From an uncultured Nitrospiraceae bacterium (GTDB lineage: Bacteria; Nitrospirota; Nitrospiria; Nitrospirales; Nitrospiraceae), in assembly GCA_963706325.1 (NCBI GenBank), contig CAVPLT010000001.1:352001-416000 (forward strand): DNA of 64,000 nt. Reading direction: 5' to 3'. The position numbers and the translations under genes are program-made. Positions 9,585 through 20,969 of the stretch are shown piece after piece. The notes beneath the pieces are model-generated. The model did no database searches. It was not told the origin of the DNA and saw nothing but the letters and a program-made list of their open reading frames with translations. Position 1 is the first letter of the stretch, and each line of letters begins with the position of its first letter.

Positions 9585-10304
9585 TCACCCTCGTCGGTTG
9601 TCGAAGGCGTCCTGCATTTCGGCTAAGATAGCGGCGGCGGCGAAGGGGGGATCTTCGGCGTCGCGAATGGGACGGCCGATCACCAGGTAATCGGCGCCGG
9701 CGGCAATGGTTTGAGTGGGTGTGGTCACGCGTGCATGGTCATCGGTCCCTTTTCCGGCCGGTCTGACCCCTGGCGTAACGATAAGCAGATCGGACCCTAC
9801 CTTGGCACGAATGGCCTGCGGCTCTTCTCCGGAAGCGACCACTCCGTCACAGCCCACCTCCGCAGCCAATGTAGCTCTGGCCGTCACGAGATCCTGGACA
9901 GTCCGCTGAATGCCCATATCGCGTAAATCCTGCCCATCGAAATTGGTGAGCACCGTGACGGCTAATAACTTGAGCGCGGATTGGCCTCGTCCCTGCACCG
10001 CCGCAATCAAGGCTTTTCGATTCGCATGAACGGTCAGGAATGTTGCACCCATGGCAGCCACCCGAGTCGTGGCGCGCCGGACGGTCTCTTCGATGTCTAG
10101 AAACTTGAGATCGAGAAACACCCGTTTCCCACGATCAACCAGTCTTCGCACAACATCCGGTCCCGCCACCGTATAGAGCTCCAAGCCGACTTTCACAAAT
10201 CGAACCTGCTCTCCCATACGATCGACTAACGCCTCGGCCTCCACGGCGGAAGGGACATCCAGCGCCACAATCAAACGGTCTCGTGCGTCAATCCTCGTGA
10301 TCAT
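9585..10304 (-). CDS. pyrF: Orotidine-5'-phosphate decarboxylase
   Basis: LIVALD, VKVGLEL, VFLDLKFLDIEET, AVTVLT, VTPGVRP, DYLVIGRPI. Confidence 0.97.
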   Translation of the reverse strand: MITRIDARDRLIVALDVPSAVEAEALVDRMGEQVRFVKVGLELYTVAGPDVVRRLVDRGKRVFLDLKFLDIEETVRRATTRVAAMGATFLTVHANRKALIAAVQGRGQSALKLLAVTVLTNFDGQDLRDMGIQRTVQDLVTARATLAAEVGCDGVVASGEEPQAIRAKVGSDLLIVTPGVRPAGKGTDDHARVTTPTQTIAAGADYLVIGRPIRDAEDPPFAAAAILAEMQDAFDNRRG

Positions 10305-10419
10305 ACCTACGCCACGACTACCGAGACTCCCCGGAAGCCCAGCTGATTCCTTTCCGTCTCCTTGACCTGTCTTCTCGTCCTATGCTACAAACTCAGGCTT
10401 TGAACGTAGGAGAATCCGT

Positions 10420-10695
10420 ATGCCTGTTGTCCACAAGTCCACGATTCGCCGTGCCCGCCAATCTGAGAAACGCCGGTTGCGCAATCGCGCTACGCTCAGT
10501 TCAGTCAGAAGTGTCCTTCGCAAGGTCCAGGAGGCCATCGCTGCCAAGAAGCCGGATGAAGCGAAGGCCACCTTGCGAGCTGCCACTGCAGCACTGAGCA
10601 AAGCGGTGACTAAGGGTGTCCTGAAGCCCAATACGGCCTCGCGTCGCGTGTCCCGGCTCACCGTGCGGGTGAACGCCCTCACCGCTTCCGCGTAA
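10420..10695 (+). CDS. rpsT: 30S ribosomal protein S20
   Basis: HKSTIRRARQSEKRRLRNR...KAVTKGVLKPNTASRRVSRL; AGGAG SD. Confidence 0.97.
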   Translation: MPVVHKSTIRRARQSEKRRLRNRATLSSVRSVLRKVQEAIAAKKPDEAKATLRAATAALSKAVTKGVLKPNTASRRVSRLTVRVNALTASA

Positions 10696-11788
10696 CCGTT
10701 CTGATATTCGACACCGGTCTCGAGCCCGCCTGGCGCGGGGCCGGTTTCGTCGACTGCCCCAGCGTGACATGCGGCGCTTGTTTCGATGGCTCGCCGCAGA
10801 GCCGAAACAAGAGGTCTTCCATCACGCGAAGCGGGGAACTGCCGCTCCCTCCTTTGAGCCTCGAGTCGGTTTCCATAAACCACTGAACGGCCTGACTTAA
10901 GTGGACATCGGAGAATTGCTCCAAAAATCTTCGCACCCGCGATGGATCCATGCGAAGCGTGCGAGCAGCCTCCGCTTCCCGGCCGCTTGACCTGAGCTGC
11001 TCTTTCGTTTTCCACAGCCGCCGATATTGCCAAACCAATGCCCCCAGGATCCGTAACGGAGCCTCTCCATTTTCCACATTTCTGGCAAGAATCCGGAGTG
11101 CTCGCCCATGGTCATGCGCACCGATGGCGTTCATCAAGTCGAACACCGATGCTCCGGGCTCAGTTCCCCGCAGCGCCTCAACATCCGCCGACTGCACGGT
11201 CTTGTCAGCCGGCACATAGGCGGCCAATTTCTCAAGCTCTCTCCGCACGGCATAGAGCGATTCGCTCCCCGCCTCCTTGAGCAACTGGGCCGCTTCTTCG
11301 CCGATCCGCACACCCAGTGCCGCCGCTTCCTGACGGATCCATGCGGCAAACTGGGCGTCGCGCAATGGGGCGCATGTGACAGTCACAGCTTTCTTGGCCA
11401 ACGCTTGTGTCCACTTGAGTCGACCATCCAGTTTCGCGCCCACAATGATCAGCGTTGTCGTCTCGTTCGGGGCCGATAGATAGGATAAGAGCCTCTCCCC
11501 TTCCCTCGCAGGCAGCTTTTCTAAGGATTTATAGACAATGACGCGACGAGCGGTGAAGACAGGGATTTCTGCCGCACAGGCTAAGACGTCTTCTACGGAG
11601 GAATCGTCACCGTGGAAGACATCGTAATTGAATCCACTGTCCCACGCCTCTCCCAGCGCTGCTTGTCGAAGAATGGAAACGGATTGGTCGCGCAGGTAAT
11701 CCTCTTCGCCGACAACAGAGTAGAGCGGCAGCACCCCGCTATGCGCGAGAGACTGCGACAGGTCCATGCTCATGACTGCGACACTCAT
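10679..11788 (-). CDS. holA: DNA polymerase III subunit delta
   Basis: PLYSVVGEEDYL, FNYDVFHG, RELEKLAAY, SVFDLMNAIG; conserved leuS-lptE-holA-rpsT order. Confidence 0.93.
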   Translation of the reverse strand: MSVAVMSMDLSQSLAHSGVLPLYSVVGEEDYLRDQSVSILRQAALGEAWDSGFNYDVFHGDDSSVEDVLACAAEIPVFTARRVIVYKSLEKLPAREGERLLSYLSAPNETTTLIIVGAKLDGRLKWTQALAKKAVTVTCAPLRDAQFAAWIRQEAAALGVRIGEEAAQLLKEAGSESLYAVRRELEKLAAYVPADKTVQSADVEALRGTEPGASVFDLMNAIGAHDHGRALRILARNVENGEAPLRILGALVWQYRRLWKTKEQLRSSGREAEAARTLRMDPSRVRRFLEQFSDVHLSQAVQWFMETDSRLKGGSGSSPLRVMEDLLFRLCGEPSKQAPHVTLGQSTKPAPRQAGSRPVSNIRTVTRKR

Positions 11789-11809
11789 GTGTAACGGCTC
11801 GCTGTCATC

Positions 11810-12511
11810 TTATCGCCCAGCGTCGGGCTGGGCATTGGTGGACGATGCCGCATCCGCCTTGATTGGGCGCTTGAGCGCCTTGTCTAACTCGCCGGTATCC
11901 TGAAACAACAGGAATCGTGATGCTAAATCTTCCGCGATGAAACGACCCGCCTGCTCCAACGCCCGGTTTTGCAACACGCGGTTGAATTGCAGATCTTGCG
12001 TCAGGAAAAACTCCGACGTCCCTTTTGCAATCTGAGACCAGACGACTTTTTTCGTTTTCGCCTCCTCAATCCTGACACTCACCAGCATTTCTACTCGACT
12101 TTCAAATGTCGTAGTCTGATCGAAGCTCAGGGTCGGTAAGGAAATCTGCATGATTGACCCTGACAGAAAAAGTTCGGCCCCTCCGGACGGCCCGACGATC
12201 TCCGCCCCCGCTCCGGACGAAAACTCTCGGCGCAGGTAATTGGCCAACTTGATTTCAAAGTTCGGCTCATAGGTACTGTTGGAGATAGGAAGAATCGCGA
12301 GCCGTGGCGCCTGTGGCCGCTTGGTCTCTGACTCCGGCGCACCACCGATCGTGGGACCGGGGCCTTGTACTCGAAACTGGTAGCCGCAGGAGGCCACATT
12401 CATCGCCAATAGGCACACAGCCACAGACCCCACGCCCAAAGCAATGTGATGTCCGGCACGTTGGCCCGTCGCTTTATGACCTGTTCTTTCCCACACGGCA
12501 TCACACCACAA
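11810..12511 (-). CDS. lptE: LPS assembly lipoprotein LptE-like (true start may lie downstream)
   Basis: Lipobox VASCGYQFR; located between leuS and holA. Confidence 0.8.
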   Translation of the reverse strand: MWCDAVWERTGHKATGQRAGHHIALGVGSVAVCLLAMNVASCGYQFRVQGPGPTIGGAPESETKRPQAPRLAILPISNSTYEPNFEIKLANYLRREFSSGAGAEIVGPSGGAELFLSGSIMQISLPTLSFDQTTTFESRVEMLVSVRIEEAKTKKVVWSQIAKGTSEFFLTQDLQFNRVLQNRALEQAGRFIAEDLASRFLLFQDTGELDKALKRPIKADAASSTNAQPDAGR

Positions 12512-14936
12512 AGTTGATCAATTTCTTCTCAACATAAATGACTTTCTTGGGCGCTTTCCCCTGTAACCACTCGGCAACTTCCTTCTTAGCCAATGGCTCC
12601 AGCTGCTCGCGCGATGCCCCGGCATCAAGCTCCAGTTTTCCCCGCAGACGCCCGTTGACCTGAATCGGGATGGTCAGGCGGTCGCTGACCACCAAAGCCG
12701 GATCAAACTGGGGCCAGAGTTGCTGTCCGACGCTTGGCTCCTGCCCGAGACGTGCCCACAGCTCTTCGCTCAAGTGCGGCGCAAACGGAGAAAGCAGTGA
12801 GACAAATGGCTCGAGCAAGCGACGCGACCGCTGCTCCAGCTTGGTCATTTCATTCGTAAATACCATCATCTGCGAGATCGCCGTATTGAATCGCAATGCC
12901 TCAATATCGTCCGTCACCTTCTTAATGGTGTAATGCAGCAGTCGCTGTTGCTCAGGCGTCGGCTCCGCATCCACGACCGCCCCGCTCAAGGCTCCGTCCT
13001 CGCCGATCATCAGCCGCCAGACCCGATCGAGGAACCGCGTAATGCCCTCGACTCCGCGAGTACTCCAGGGCTTCATCGATTCCAGAGGTCCCATAAACAT
13101 TTCGTACAGCCGCACCGCATCGGCCCCGAACTGGTCGATCATCTCGTCAGGGTTTACGACATTGCCGCGTGACTTGGACATCTTCTGATTGTCTTCCCCT
13201 AAGACGATCCCCTGGTGCACCAACTTTCTGAACGGCTCCGGGGTACTGACCACGCCCGCATCGAACAACACCTTGTGCCAGAACCGGCTATAGAGGAGGT
13301 GCAAGACCGCATGTTCGCTGCCGCCGATATAGAGATCGACCGGCATCCAGTATTGTTCCTTGTCCGGATCGACCAGCTGCTGCGCGTTCTTCGGATCGAT
13401 GAACCGCAAATAATACCAGCAGGAGCCGGCCCACTGAGGCATGGTGTTCGTTTCACGTCGCGCTGCCTTGCCGGTGTAGGGATCAGTGATCTCCAACCAT
13501 TCATGGAGATTAGCCAACGGGCTTTCGCCGCTCCCGGAAGGTTTGAAGTTCTTCGTCTCCGGCAATACCAGAGGCAGCTGCTCCTCCGGCAACGGTCGGG
13601 GATCCCCATCGACCCACACGATCGGAAAGGGCTCTCCCCAGTAACGCTGCCTGGCAAAGAGCCAGTCACGGAGCTTGTAATTGATGGTCTTCTTGCCCTT
13701 GCCCTTGCTTTCAAGCCAGGCCGTCATTTTGGGAATGGCCTCGCTGGGCAACGAACCATCAAGAGACAATGACCCATCCGGCGTGGTGGAATTGATCACG
13801 CGGCCTCGATCGGTGTCCGTGAAGGCTGCTTGCTCGACCTGTCCGCCCTGAATGACCTCGCGAATCGGCAAGTGGTATTGCCGGGCAAAGGTCCAGTCGC
13901 GCTCGTCATGGGCCGGCACGGCCATAATGGCTCCGGTGCCATAACTCATCAGGACGTAGTCGGCGATCCAGATCGGCAGACGCTCCTGGTTTACCGGATT
14001 GATGGCATACCCACCGGTGAAGACCCCGCTTTTGACCTTGTCTAATTCCTGGCGTTGCAGATCGCTCTTGCGGATGGCCGCGTCGCGATATTCAGTAACC
14101 TGTGTCCGTTGTGACTGAGTCGTCACCACCTCCACCAGCGGGTGCTCAGGCGCCAACACCATGTAGGTGGCGCCGAACAACGTATCGGGACGGGTCGTGA
14201 ACACGCGCAAATTGCCGGTAGCATCGGCCAAGGCAAAATCTACTTCAGCTCCGATCGACCGGCCAATCCAATTTTTTTGCATCTCCAATGTGCTGGCCGG
14301 CCATTCGACTAATTTCAGATCATCGAGCAGCCGCTCCGCATAGGCAGTGATCTTCAACACCCATTGCTTCATGGGCTTGCGAATGACGTCGAACCCGCCG
14401 ACTTCGCTTTTGCCATCCACAATCTCCTCGTTGGCCAGCACGGTCGCCAATGCGGGGCACCAATTGACCGGCACCTCGGCCACATAGGCCAGACCCCGTT
14501 CGAAGAGCTTGAGGAAAATCCACTGCGTCCAGCGATAGTAGTCCTGATCGGTCGTGCTGAGTTCGCGATCCCAATCGTAGGAGAGTCCGACTCGTTTCAT
14601 CTGGCGCTTGAAGGTCGCGATATTTTGGGCGGTCGTGATGGCAGGATGTACGCCGGTTTTCACCGCATATTGCTCGGCTGGCAATCCGAACGCATCCCAA
14701 CCCATGGGATGCAACACGTTAAAACCGCGCATCCGTTTATAGCGAGACACGATGTCTGTGGCGGTGTACCCTTCCAGGTGCCCGACATGCAGGCCCGACC
14801 CTGAGGGGTATGGAAACATGTCGAGGCAGTAGAACTTAGGCTTCGCAGGATCATCCATCGCGCGAAACGGACGGTGTGTTTCCCAGTAGGCCTGCCACTT
14901 CGATTCAAGGGCCTGATGATCGTAAGTTTTGCTCAT
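12501..14936 (-). CDS. leuS: Leucine--tRNA ligase
   Basis: Start [29 protein letters not shown] (HIGH-like) and KMSKS motifs. Confidence 0.98.
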   Translation of the reverse strand: MSKTYDHQALESKWQAYWETHRPFRAMDDPAKPKFYCLDMFPYPSGSGLHVGHLEGYTATDIVSRYKRMRGFNVLHPMGWDAFGLPAEQYAVKTGVHPAITTAQNIATFKRQMKRVGLSYDWDRELSTTDQDYYRWTQWIFLKLFERGLAYVAEVPVNWCPALATVLANEEIVDGKSEVGGFDVIRKPMKQWVLKITAYAERLLDDLKLVEWPASTLEMQKNWIGRSIGAEVDFALADATGNLRVFTTRPDTLFGATYMVLAPEHPLVEVVTTQSQRTQVTEYRDAAIRKSDLQRQELDKVKSGVFTGGYAINPVNQERLPIWIADYVLMSYGTGAIMAVPAHDERDWTFARQYHLPIREVIQGGQVEQAAFTDTDRGRVINSTTPDGSLSLDGSLPSEAIPKMTAWLESKGKGKKTINYKLRDWLFARQRYWGEPFPIVWVDGDPRPLPEEQLPLVLPETKNFKPSGSGESPLANLHEWLEITDPYTGKAARRETNTMPQWAGSCWYYLRFIDPKNAQQLVDPDKEQYWMPVDLYIGGSEHAVLHLLYSRFWHKVLFDAGVVSTPEPFRKLVHQGIVLGEDNQKMSKSRGNVVNPDEMIDQFGADAVRLYEMFMGPLESMKPWSTRGVEGITRFLDRVWRLMIGEDGALSGAVVDAEPTPEQQRLLHYTIKKVTDDIEALRFNTAISQMMVFTNEMTKLEQRSRRLLEPFVSLLSPFAPHLSEELWARLGQEPSVGQQLWPQFDPALVVSDRLTIPIQVNGRLRGKLELDAGASREQLEPLAKKEVAEWLQGKAPKKVIYVEKKLINFVV

Positions 14937-15168
14937 GGTGCTGCAGCTGTATTGGAAATGCGGCGACTCTCGGTTCCCGATAAAAGAACGGACGACTCTA
15001 GCATACGCCGATCGGAGCGACAAGGACGAGCCGAGCAGGACACGTCGCTGCGATCTGGGCTGCGCAGGCTTGATCCGCTGGCGACTCTTGTTGAAATGGC
15101 CGGCAGACGAGTCGTCGGAAATCGGGAGGCGGTATGGCCCCAACCACGAAGGAGGTTCACGCGCGCTT

Positions 15169-15822
15169 ATGTATGCGACGTACATATTCCCACGACTCAT
15201 GGATTGGGTGCTGCGCAGCGAACGGTTCCAAGCCGAACGCCGGCAACTGCTCACGTCGGCGCGCGGCATGGTCCTGGAAATCGGCTTCGGCACCGGGCTG
15301 AACCTGCCGCATTACCCCCAAGCGGTCACGGCGCTCCACACCGTCGACCCCTCACCCATGTTGCCGCACCGGGTGGCCTGTCGGGTGGCTCAGACGCCCT
15401 TCCCCGTCCACATTCAACGGGTGAGCGCAGAAGGCTTGTCTTACGGCGATGCCACATTCGATTGCGCCGTCAGCACCTTCACGCTCTGCACGATTCCGGA
15501 CGCGGTCACGGCGTTATGCGAGGTCCGACGGGTCCTGAAACCGGAGGGCCGCTTTCTCTTCCTTGAGCATGGCCGCAGCGACGATTCCACGATCGCCACG
15601 TGGCAGGATCGACTCAATCCCATCCAAAACTGGTTCGGCTGCGGCTGCAATCTGAATCGACGCATCGATCAATTGATACGTGAAGCCGGTCTGCAATTGG
15701 ACTATGTAGATCGATATGTCCTCTCCGGCGTACCAAGAATCGGCGGAGAAATGTATCGAGGAGCGGCCTTGCGCCATAACGATGACCCGGCCTCTATACC
15801 TCCGGGTCACAATTCCACTTAA
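15169..15822 (+). CDS. Class I SAM-dependent methyltransferase
   Basis: [49 protein letters not shown]. Confidence 0.9.
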   Translation: MYATYIFPRLMDWVLRSERFQAERRQLLTSARGMVLEIGFGTGLNLPHYPQAVTALHTVDPSPMLPHRVACRVAQTPFPVHIQRVSAEGLSYGDATFDCAVSTFTLCTIPDAVTALCEVRRVLKPEGRFLFLEHGRSDDSTIATWQDRLNPIQNWFGCGCNLNRRIDQLIREAGLQLDYVDRYVLSGVPRIGGEMYRGAALRHNDDPASIPPGHNST

Positions 15823-15979
15823 ATTGAATCACCGGCCGTAATTTGTACAGTGAGTCACGGCGCGCATTCTCTCTTGCTCTTTTGTGCCTGCCAAAAAACT
15901 GCGCGACCTATTTGATCGTCCGAGTAACTCATCAACCACTTTGGTCAGGTCACGCCGGGCCTAGCCGATAGTATTGAGT

Positions 15980-16666
15980 TCACCCGGGCAGGATCGCACG
16001 GAAACTTTCAATGGAGTCAAAACGCGCCGAGGGGACGGCAGAGGCCTGAGAACTCGACTTTGAACGATGAAATATCCGGCCGATGCCGAAGTGTTCGGCC
16101 GCCGCCAGGCATTGCTCATCGTCATCGATGTAGAGGGCTTTCGCGGGATCAAAGCCGACGAGCCGGCGGCAGCTCGGCCAATATTCCGATCGCATCTTGA
16201 GCCATCCGACTTCGAAAGCGTCCACGATGCGATCCACTTGTTGGTCCAGCCCGGTTTTGGCTGTTTTGACATCTACCCCGGCCCGATGGGCGTTCGTCAA
16301 AATGGTCACCCGTTTGCCCAATCGACGCAGGGACAGCAAAAATTCTTCGGCATCGGGTAGAAATCCGATCATGTGGTCGAGTTCGCGATGCATCGCCACT
16401 ACATCCAACTCCACCCGCTCCGTCCAGTAGTGCAGATCAGTCCAGGCCAATTCGCCTTCCACGGAACGGTACATCGTCATCAAACGATCGCGGGCGTCCT
16501 CAAACGCCAGCGCATGCTTGACTGCATACCGTCGGGGCAGCTCTTCTTCAAAAAAAAAGTTGTCGAAATGGCGATCGAGCAGGGTGCCGTCCATGTCGAG
16601 CAAGACATCGTCGATCCGGCTCCAATCGACGGGTTGAGGGGTGATTGCCGGGCGGTTTTGCAACAT
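15980..16666 (-). CDS. HAD-superfamily hydrolase, YrfG-like GMP/IMP nucleotidase
   Basis: DWSRIDDVLLDMDGTLLDRHFDN, LTNAH, LYIDDD. Confidence 0.88.
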   Translation of the reverse strand: MLQNRPAITPQPVDWSRIDDVLLDMDGTLLDRHFDNFFFEEELPRRYAVKHALAFEDARDRLMTMYRSVEGELAWTDLHYWTERVELDVVAMHRELDHMIGFLPDAEEFLLSLRRLGKRVTILTNAHRAGVDVKTAKTGLDQQVDRIVDAFEVGWLKMRSEYWPSCRRLVGFDPAKALYIDDDEQCLAAAEHFGIGRIFHRSKSSSQASAVPSARFDSIESFRAILPG

Positions 16667-16743
16667 GATGGCAGTATAACGGAGGCCGATGGCCAAGACG
16701 AGTCATTGTGTTCGGCGAAATCTCTATGCTACCGTTCCCCACC

Positions 16744-18120
16744 ATGTCGCGTACCAAATCAGCCCACGGTCCTGTCGCGCCGCTGTTTACCCTTGAGGGT
16801 GGACGCCTGCCCATTATCGCGATCATCGGTCGCCCCAACGTCGGCAAATCGACCCTGTTCAACCGGATTCTCGGCACGCGCGCGGCGATCGTCGACGATG
16901 TGCCGGGCGTGACCAGAGATCGCAACTATGCCGACAGCGCCTATCGTAATCGGCAGTTTCGCCTGGTCGATACCGGAGGCCTTGATCCCACGGCCAACGA
17001 GGGCATGTTGAATTTGATCCGGCAACAGTCCCAGCTCGCCATTGCCGAGGCTGATATTCTGGTCCTCGTCCTCGATGCCCGGGCAGGACTCACCCCGCCG
17101 GATGAAGAAGTCGTGCGGACGCTGCGCGGGACAGACAAACCGGTCTTTTTTGTGATCAACAAGATCGATACGCCGAAAGCCGATCCGCTCATCGCCGATT
17201 TTTATCGGCTGGGACAGGACCAGCTCTACCCGTTGTCGGCCGAACATGGAATCGGGGTCGCCGAGTTGCTGGATGATCTCTTCGCGCACATGGCCGAGCC
17301 GCCCGACGAAGAGACACATACCGACATTCCACGCATTGCCATCGTCGGACGTCCCAATGTCGGCAAATCCACCTTGGTGAATTCCGTCCTGGGCGAAGCG
17401 CGTGTCGTCGTGAGCGATGTGCCGGGGACCACCCGTGATCCGGTGGATTCTGTCGCCACGTTCAAAGACCGGCAATATGTGCTGACTGACACGGCCGGCA
17501 TCCGACGTCGAGGCCGTGTCGAACGCGGCATCGAAGGGTACAGTGTCGCGCGATCGTTGCGGGCTATCGGCCGTTCGGACGTGGCAGTTCTCCTGCTCGA
17601 TGCGGAAGAAGGGGTCACCGAACAGGATACCAAGATTGCCGGACTTGTCCTCAAGCAAGGACGCGCCTGCATCCTGGTCGTCAACAAATGGGACCTCAAA
17701 TCCGACGACGTGGGGGCAAGGGAGGCGTATAAAGAAAACCTGGAACGCCGCTTCCCCTTCCTCGCCTGGGCGCCGGTGCTGTTCATCTCTGCCCTAGAGC
17801 CGGACTTTCTTCGCGGCTTGTTCGCATTGATCGATCAAGTCTATTTCTCATTCTGCAAGCGAGTTCCGACCGGCACCCTGAATCAATTCTTCCAATCACT
17901 TCTCGAAGAGCACCCTCTGCCGGTCAGGAAGGGAAAGCCGGCCAAAGTGAGCAAATCGGCCTTCGTGACACAGGTCGCGACCCGACCACCGGGATTTGCT
18001 CTTTTTGTCGGACACCCCGATGACATGACCCCTGCCTATCTCCGCTTCCTCGAAAACCAAATCCGGAAAGAGTATCGTTTTTCAGGCACACCCCTTCGCC
18101 TGATGGTACGTAAAAAGTGA
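16744..18120 (+). CDS. der: Ribosome biogenesis GTPase Der (EngA)
   Basis: Two G-domains (GRPNVGKST twice, DTGG/DTAG, NKID/NKWD) and a C-terminal KH-like domain. Confidence 0.97.
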   Translation: MSRTKSAHGPVAPLFTLEGGRLPIIAIIGRPNVGKSTLFNRILGTRAAIVDDVPGVTRDRNYADSAYRNRQFRLVDTGGLDPTANEGMLNLIRQQSQLAIAEADILVLVLDARAGLTPPDEEVVRTLRGTDKPVFFVINKIDTPKADPLIADFYRLGQDQLYPLSAEHGIGVAELLDDLFAHMAEPPDEETHTDIPRIAIVGRPNVGKSTLVNSVLGEARVVVSDVPGTTRDPVDSVATFKDRQYVLTDTAGIRRRGRVERGIEGYSVARSLRAIGRSDVAVLLLDAEEGVTEQDTKIAGLVLKQGRACILVVNKWDLKSDDVGAREAYKENLERRFPFLAWAPVLFISALEPDFLRGLFALIDQVYFSFCKRVPTGTLNQFFQSLLEEHPLPVRKGKPAKVSKSAFVTQVATRPPGFALFVGHPDDMTPAYLRFLENQIRKEYRFSGTPLRLMVRKK

Positions 18121-18318
18121 GGCGGCTTTGCCAAAGCGATACGTGTTCGACACAATCGGATACAGGTCGCTTCTCCACTTGTGGTTCCCCAATCACATTG
18201 TATTGAACATTTCTTAGCATTCCTTCCCCTCCCTCCGGTCCACACCGAGGCTCGACTTTTGCTTCTCTCCTATCGCATGAACGGCGATCCGCACCGATGG
18301 GCGCTAGGAAAAGTAGGC

Positions 18319-18714
18319 ATGATGTACAGCCGCCACCCGCAGATAACCGTCCGCACAACCCCCTCGTCCAAAACCCAAGTCATCGTCCTCTCAATGGACT
18401 GTCACATTCTGCACGTCACCGACGGGGCAGGAGACCTGGCGCACCTGCTCAACAAAGGAGCTGGCCGAATGCTGAGCCACACCCCACGATCGCCCCTGCC
18501 CCATCCGCTCCTGGATGTGTTTCACACTGTCCTCGCCATACTTGAGAAGCACATCGCTGCCGAAGATTGGAATCCCTTCGAAGTCGATCACCTCGCTCAC
18601 TCGGTGGACGGTACCGTGCGACTTCGAGGATTCGGGATTCCCGATCAGGCCCGACGCCAACAGTCACGCGTGGTCCTCACGCTTCAAGAGCCGGCCTGCC
18701 GTTCGCCACTGTAA
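18319..18714 (+). CDS. Hypothetical protein (start uncertain)
   Basis: Open frame filling the gap after der; weak PAS-like pattern (VIVLSMDCHILHV...VRLRGFGIPD...VVLTLQE). Confidence 0.5.
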   Translation: MMYSRHPQITVRTTPSSKTQVIVLSMDCHILHVTDGAGDLAHLLNKGAGRMLSHTPRSPLPHPLLDVFHTVLAILEKHIAAEDWNPFEVDHLAHSVDGTVRLRGFGIPDQARRQQSRVVLTLQEPACRSPL

Positions 18715-18913
18715 ACCTCAGTCCCATTCGCCCGCGAGCCCACGGCACGCACCTCCAAGGCCTTTCAACTTGACTCCCCTGGATCAGCATGTTATTCGCA
18801 CATGTAGCGCGGTACCGCCGCATGGCCGGACGACAAGAGCCTTCTCATAACAATTCGGCTCTATCACCACTCATCGACATGACACCATCCATCTCGATAG
18901 GTCTGTAGGCAAC

Positions 18914-19930
18914 ATGGTCAACTTCGTGGTCGCGTTTTGGCGTCTTTCCTTCCGGCCGGTCGCTTGCAGTGCCCTGCTCTCGCTGACCTCACTTACTCCC
19001 TTCACGTGGGCCGAGACCATTGAGCCTCCCGCCGTCGAACCGGCTCCGGCTGCCGAACTGAGTGAGCCGGTTGCACCGGAGCCGCCGGAGCCAGCCATCG
19101 CCCCCATCTCCCCTTCAGTCGAAATCTCCGGTTCCATCTGGAGATCGAAGCCGGGCATTGTCTTTCTGCAAACTCCGATCGGGCCACTATCGCTCAGCTC
19201 AAAAACGGCCCTGCGTGACATCCGGAGTTCTCAGAAAATCACGCTGTGGATTCATGGAGCCACCACCGTCATCGATATACGTGAGCGAGGGGCCGGCACC
19301 CTCATCCATCGTTATGTCACCGCCATGCCAAGCTTTGCGTCTCCGGAAAAAACCACCGTGAGAGTCTGGACGCCGGATGGCGAGCAAACCCTGGCGCTCG
19401 GAGCATTCGGGGACAAAATTGCCGGACGCCCTGACCACCTCCCCTTCACCGTCGAAGTCGACAAGTCCGGCAACGTCCGCGGCCTGCATGACGTGCAATT
19501 CGACCTGCAAGTGAATCAGATTCCACGAACCGTGTCACAGGTGAGCCTGCTGTTGAACGGCACGGTCTCGAAGGTGAAATCAAATTATGTGTTCCTGAAC
19601 ACTCCGCTCGGTATCGTGACGGTGAGCGGGAAAACAGGCGTGCGAAACGCCAAGGCCGGACAGGAGATGTCGGTGTGGATCCACGAGCGACACGTGGCCA
19701 TCGACTTGTATCACAATGGCCTTTCCACCCCCTCCCGCAGGTTCTTATCCGGTCCGCTCGCCTACGCCGCCGGCGAGCCCAACCAGCTCATCATGCAGAC
19801 TCCCGAAGGAGAGAAATCCATCCCCTTCACGCAGCGGCCCGCCTCCCTCGCCACGCTGAAGGAAGGCTCTCCGATCACCGTCGAACTCAACCAGCAAGGC
19901 GAGCTCGTCGATATCCGCCGCGTCAACTAA
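18914..19930 (+). CDS. Secreted protein with an internal tandem duplication
   Basis: Signal peptide, Pro/Glu linker, two ~125-aa repeats (VFLQTPIG..WIH..TPDGE..FTVEVD and VFLNTPLG..WIH..TPEGE..ITVELN). Confidence 0.8.
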   Translation: MVNFVVAFWRLSFRPVACSALLSLTSLTPFTWAETIEPPAVEPAPAAELSEPVAPEPPEPAIAPISPSVEISGSIWRSKPGIVFLQTPIGPLSLSSKTALRDIRSSQKITLWIHGATTVIDIRERGAGTLIHRYVTAMPSFASPEKTTVRVWTPDGEQTLALGAFGDKIAGRPDHLPFTVEVDKSGNVRGLHDVQFDLQVNQIPRTVSQVSLLLNGTVSKVKSNYVFLNTPLGIVTVSGKTGVRNAKAGQEMSVWIHERHVAIDLYHNGLSTPSRRFLSGPLAYAAGEPNQLIMQTPEGEKSIPFTQRPASLATLKEGSPITVELNQQGELVDIRRVN

Positions 19931-19966
19931 TACTTCCGGATTGGTCTTCTCCCTGATTCCCGTTGC

Positions 19967-19995
19967 TTGACAGGGTCCAATGCCGCCCGTAGACT
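19967..19995 (+). promoter_or_regulatory. Sigma70-type promoter of the ECF sigma gene
   Basis: TTGACA (19967-19972), 17 bp, TAGACT (19990-19995); ATG at 20006. Confidence 0.65.
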
Positions 19996-20005
19996 CGCCC
20001 CGCCT

Positions 20006-20638
20006 ATGATTCCAGAGAAGAAAAGTCGACAGGGGAAGAACGACGGCCCTGCTCCTTCGAACTCCCGCTCCGGTTCATTCGATCAACTCTATCGCGACCA
20101 CATCGACATCATGTACCGGTTCGCCTATCGCCTCTGCGGTGAAGCCGAAGCGGCGAAAGATCTCGTCCAGGAAACTTTCCTTAACGCCTATCGCGCCTAT
20201 GACCGCTTTCGCGGAGACGCGCAGGTTTCGACTTGGCTGTATGCCATCGCATCACACGCCTGCCTGCGCATGCGCCGAAAACGCAAGGGAGAACCGGATC
20301 GCGAATTATCTCTCGAAGAATTTGTGCCGACCTCGGAAGGCGAGTTCGCCTTGCAGATTCCAATGGAAGGGCTCAGTCCGCAGGAAGCTTTAGAGAATAA
20401 AGAACTGCGCCAGATTCTGGACCGCGCCATTGCGAAGCTCCCGCGAAAATACCGGATGGTCTTAGTGCTCCGCGATATGGAAGGCTTGAGCGCGAAAGAA
20501 GTGGGAGGCATTCTAGGACTGAACGAACGCGCGATCAAGTCTCGGCTTCATCGAGCCCGGCTCTTTGTCAGGAAAGAACTCAGCGGCAGAGGGCTGGCGA
20601 ATGACGCGAATCGTGGCGCTCACACCCCGCTCGAATAG
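20006..20638 (+). CDS. ECF RNA polymerase sigma factor
   Basis: AKDLVQETFLNAY, FRGDAQVSTWLYAIA, LVLRDMEGLSAKEV, IKSRLHRAR. Confidence 0.95.
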   Translation: MIPEKKSRQGKNDGPAPSNSRSGSFDQLYRDHIDIMYRFAYRLCGEAEAAKDLVQETFLNAYRAYDRFRGDAQVSTWLYAIASHACLRMRRKRKGEPDRELSLEEFVPTSEGEFALQIPMEGLSPQEALENKELRQILDRAIAKLPRKYRMVLVLRDMEGLSAKEVGGILGLNERAIKSRLHRARLFVRKELSGRGLANDANRGAHTPLE

Positions 20639-20663
20639 TTTGGTATAGTCAAGAAGGAACGCC

Positions 20664-20963
20664 ATGGCTGACCGAGTACGCACATATCCGGGCACCCGCA
20701 AGCCGACCCCTCACCAGGGCCACGGAAAACGAAACTGTGTCAAGATTTTGGAACGACTGTCGGCGTATTTAGATGACGAACTGTCCGGCGACATCTGCCT
20801 GGAAATCCGCAGTCACCTCGGCAGTTGTCCGAATTGCGAAGTGTTCCTCGATTCGCTACGACACACGGTACAGCTCTGTCAGCACCGACCCTCTCCCTCA
20901 CTGTCCGCCAAAGACCGTGCAACGCTCCGGCGCGAGATTTTGAAAGGCGCGGCATCCGCGTGA
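20664..20963 (+). CDS. Soluble zinc-binding anti-sigma factor (zf-HC2/ZAS)
   Basis: C..LSAYLDDEL..HLGSCPNC (HxxxCxxC); no transmembrane helix; directly after the ECF sigma gene. Confidence 0.9.
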   Translation: MADRVRTYPGTRKPTPHQGHGKRNCVKILERLSAYLDDELSGDICLEIRSHLGSCPNCEVFLDSLRHTVQLCQHRPSPSLSAKDRATLRREILKGAASA

Positions 20964-20969
20964 CCGGTC

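Noticed and set aside
14937..15293. 119-aa N-terminal extension of leuS in the ORF track
   Set aside because: LeuS similarity begins at MSKTYDH (14936); the extension overlaps the divergent methyltransferase gene.
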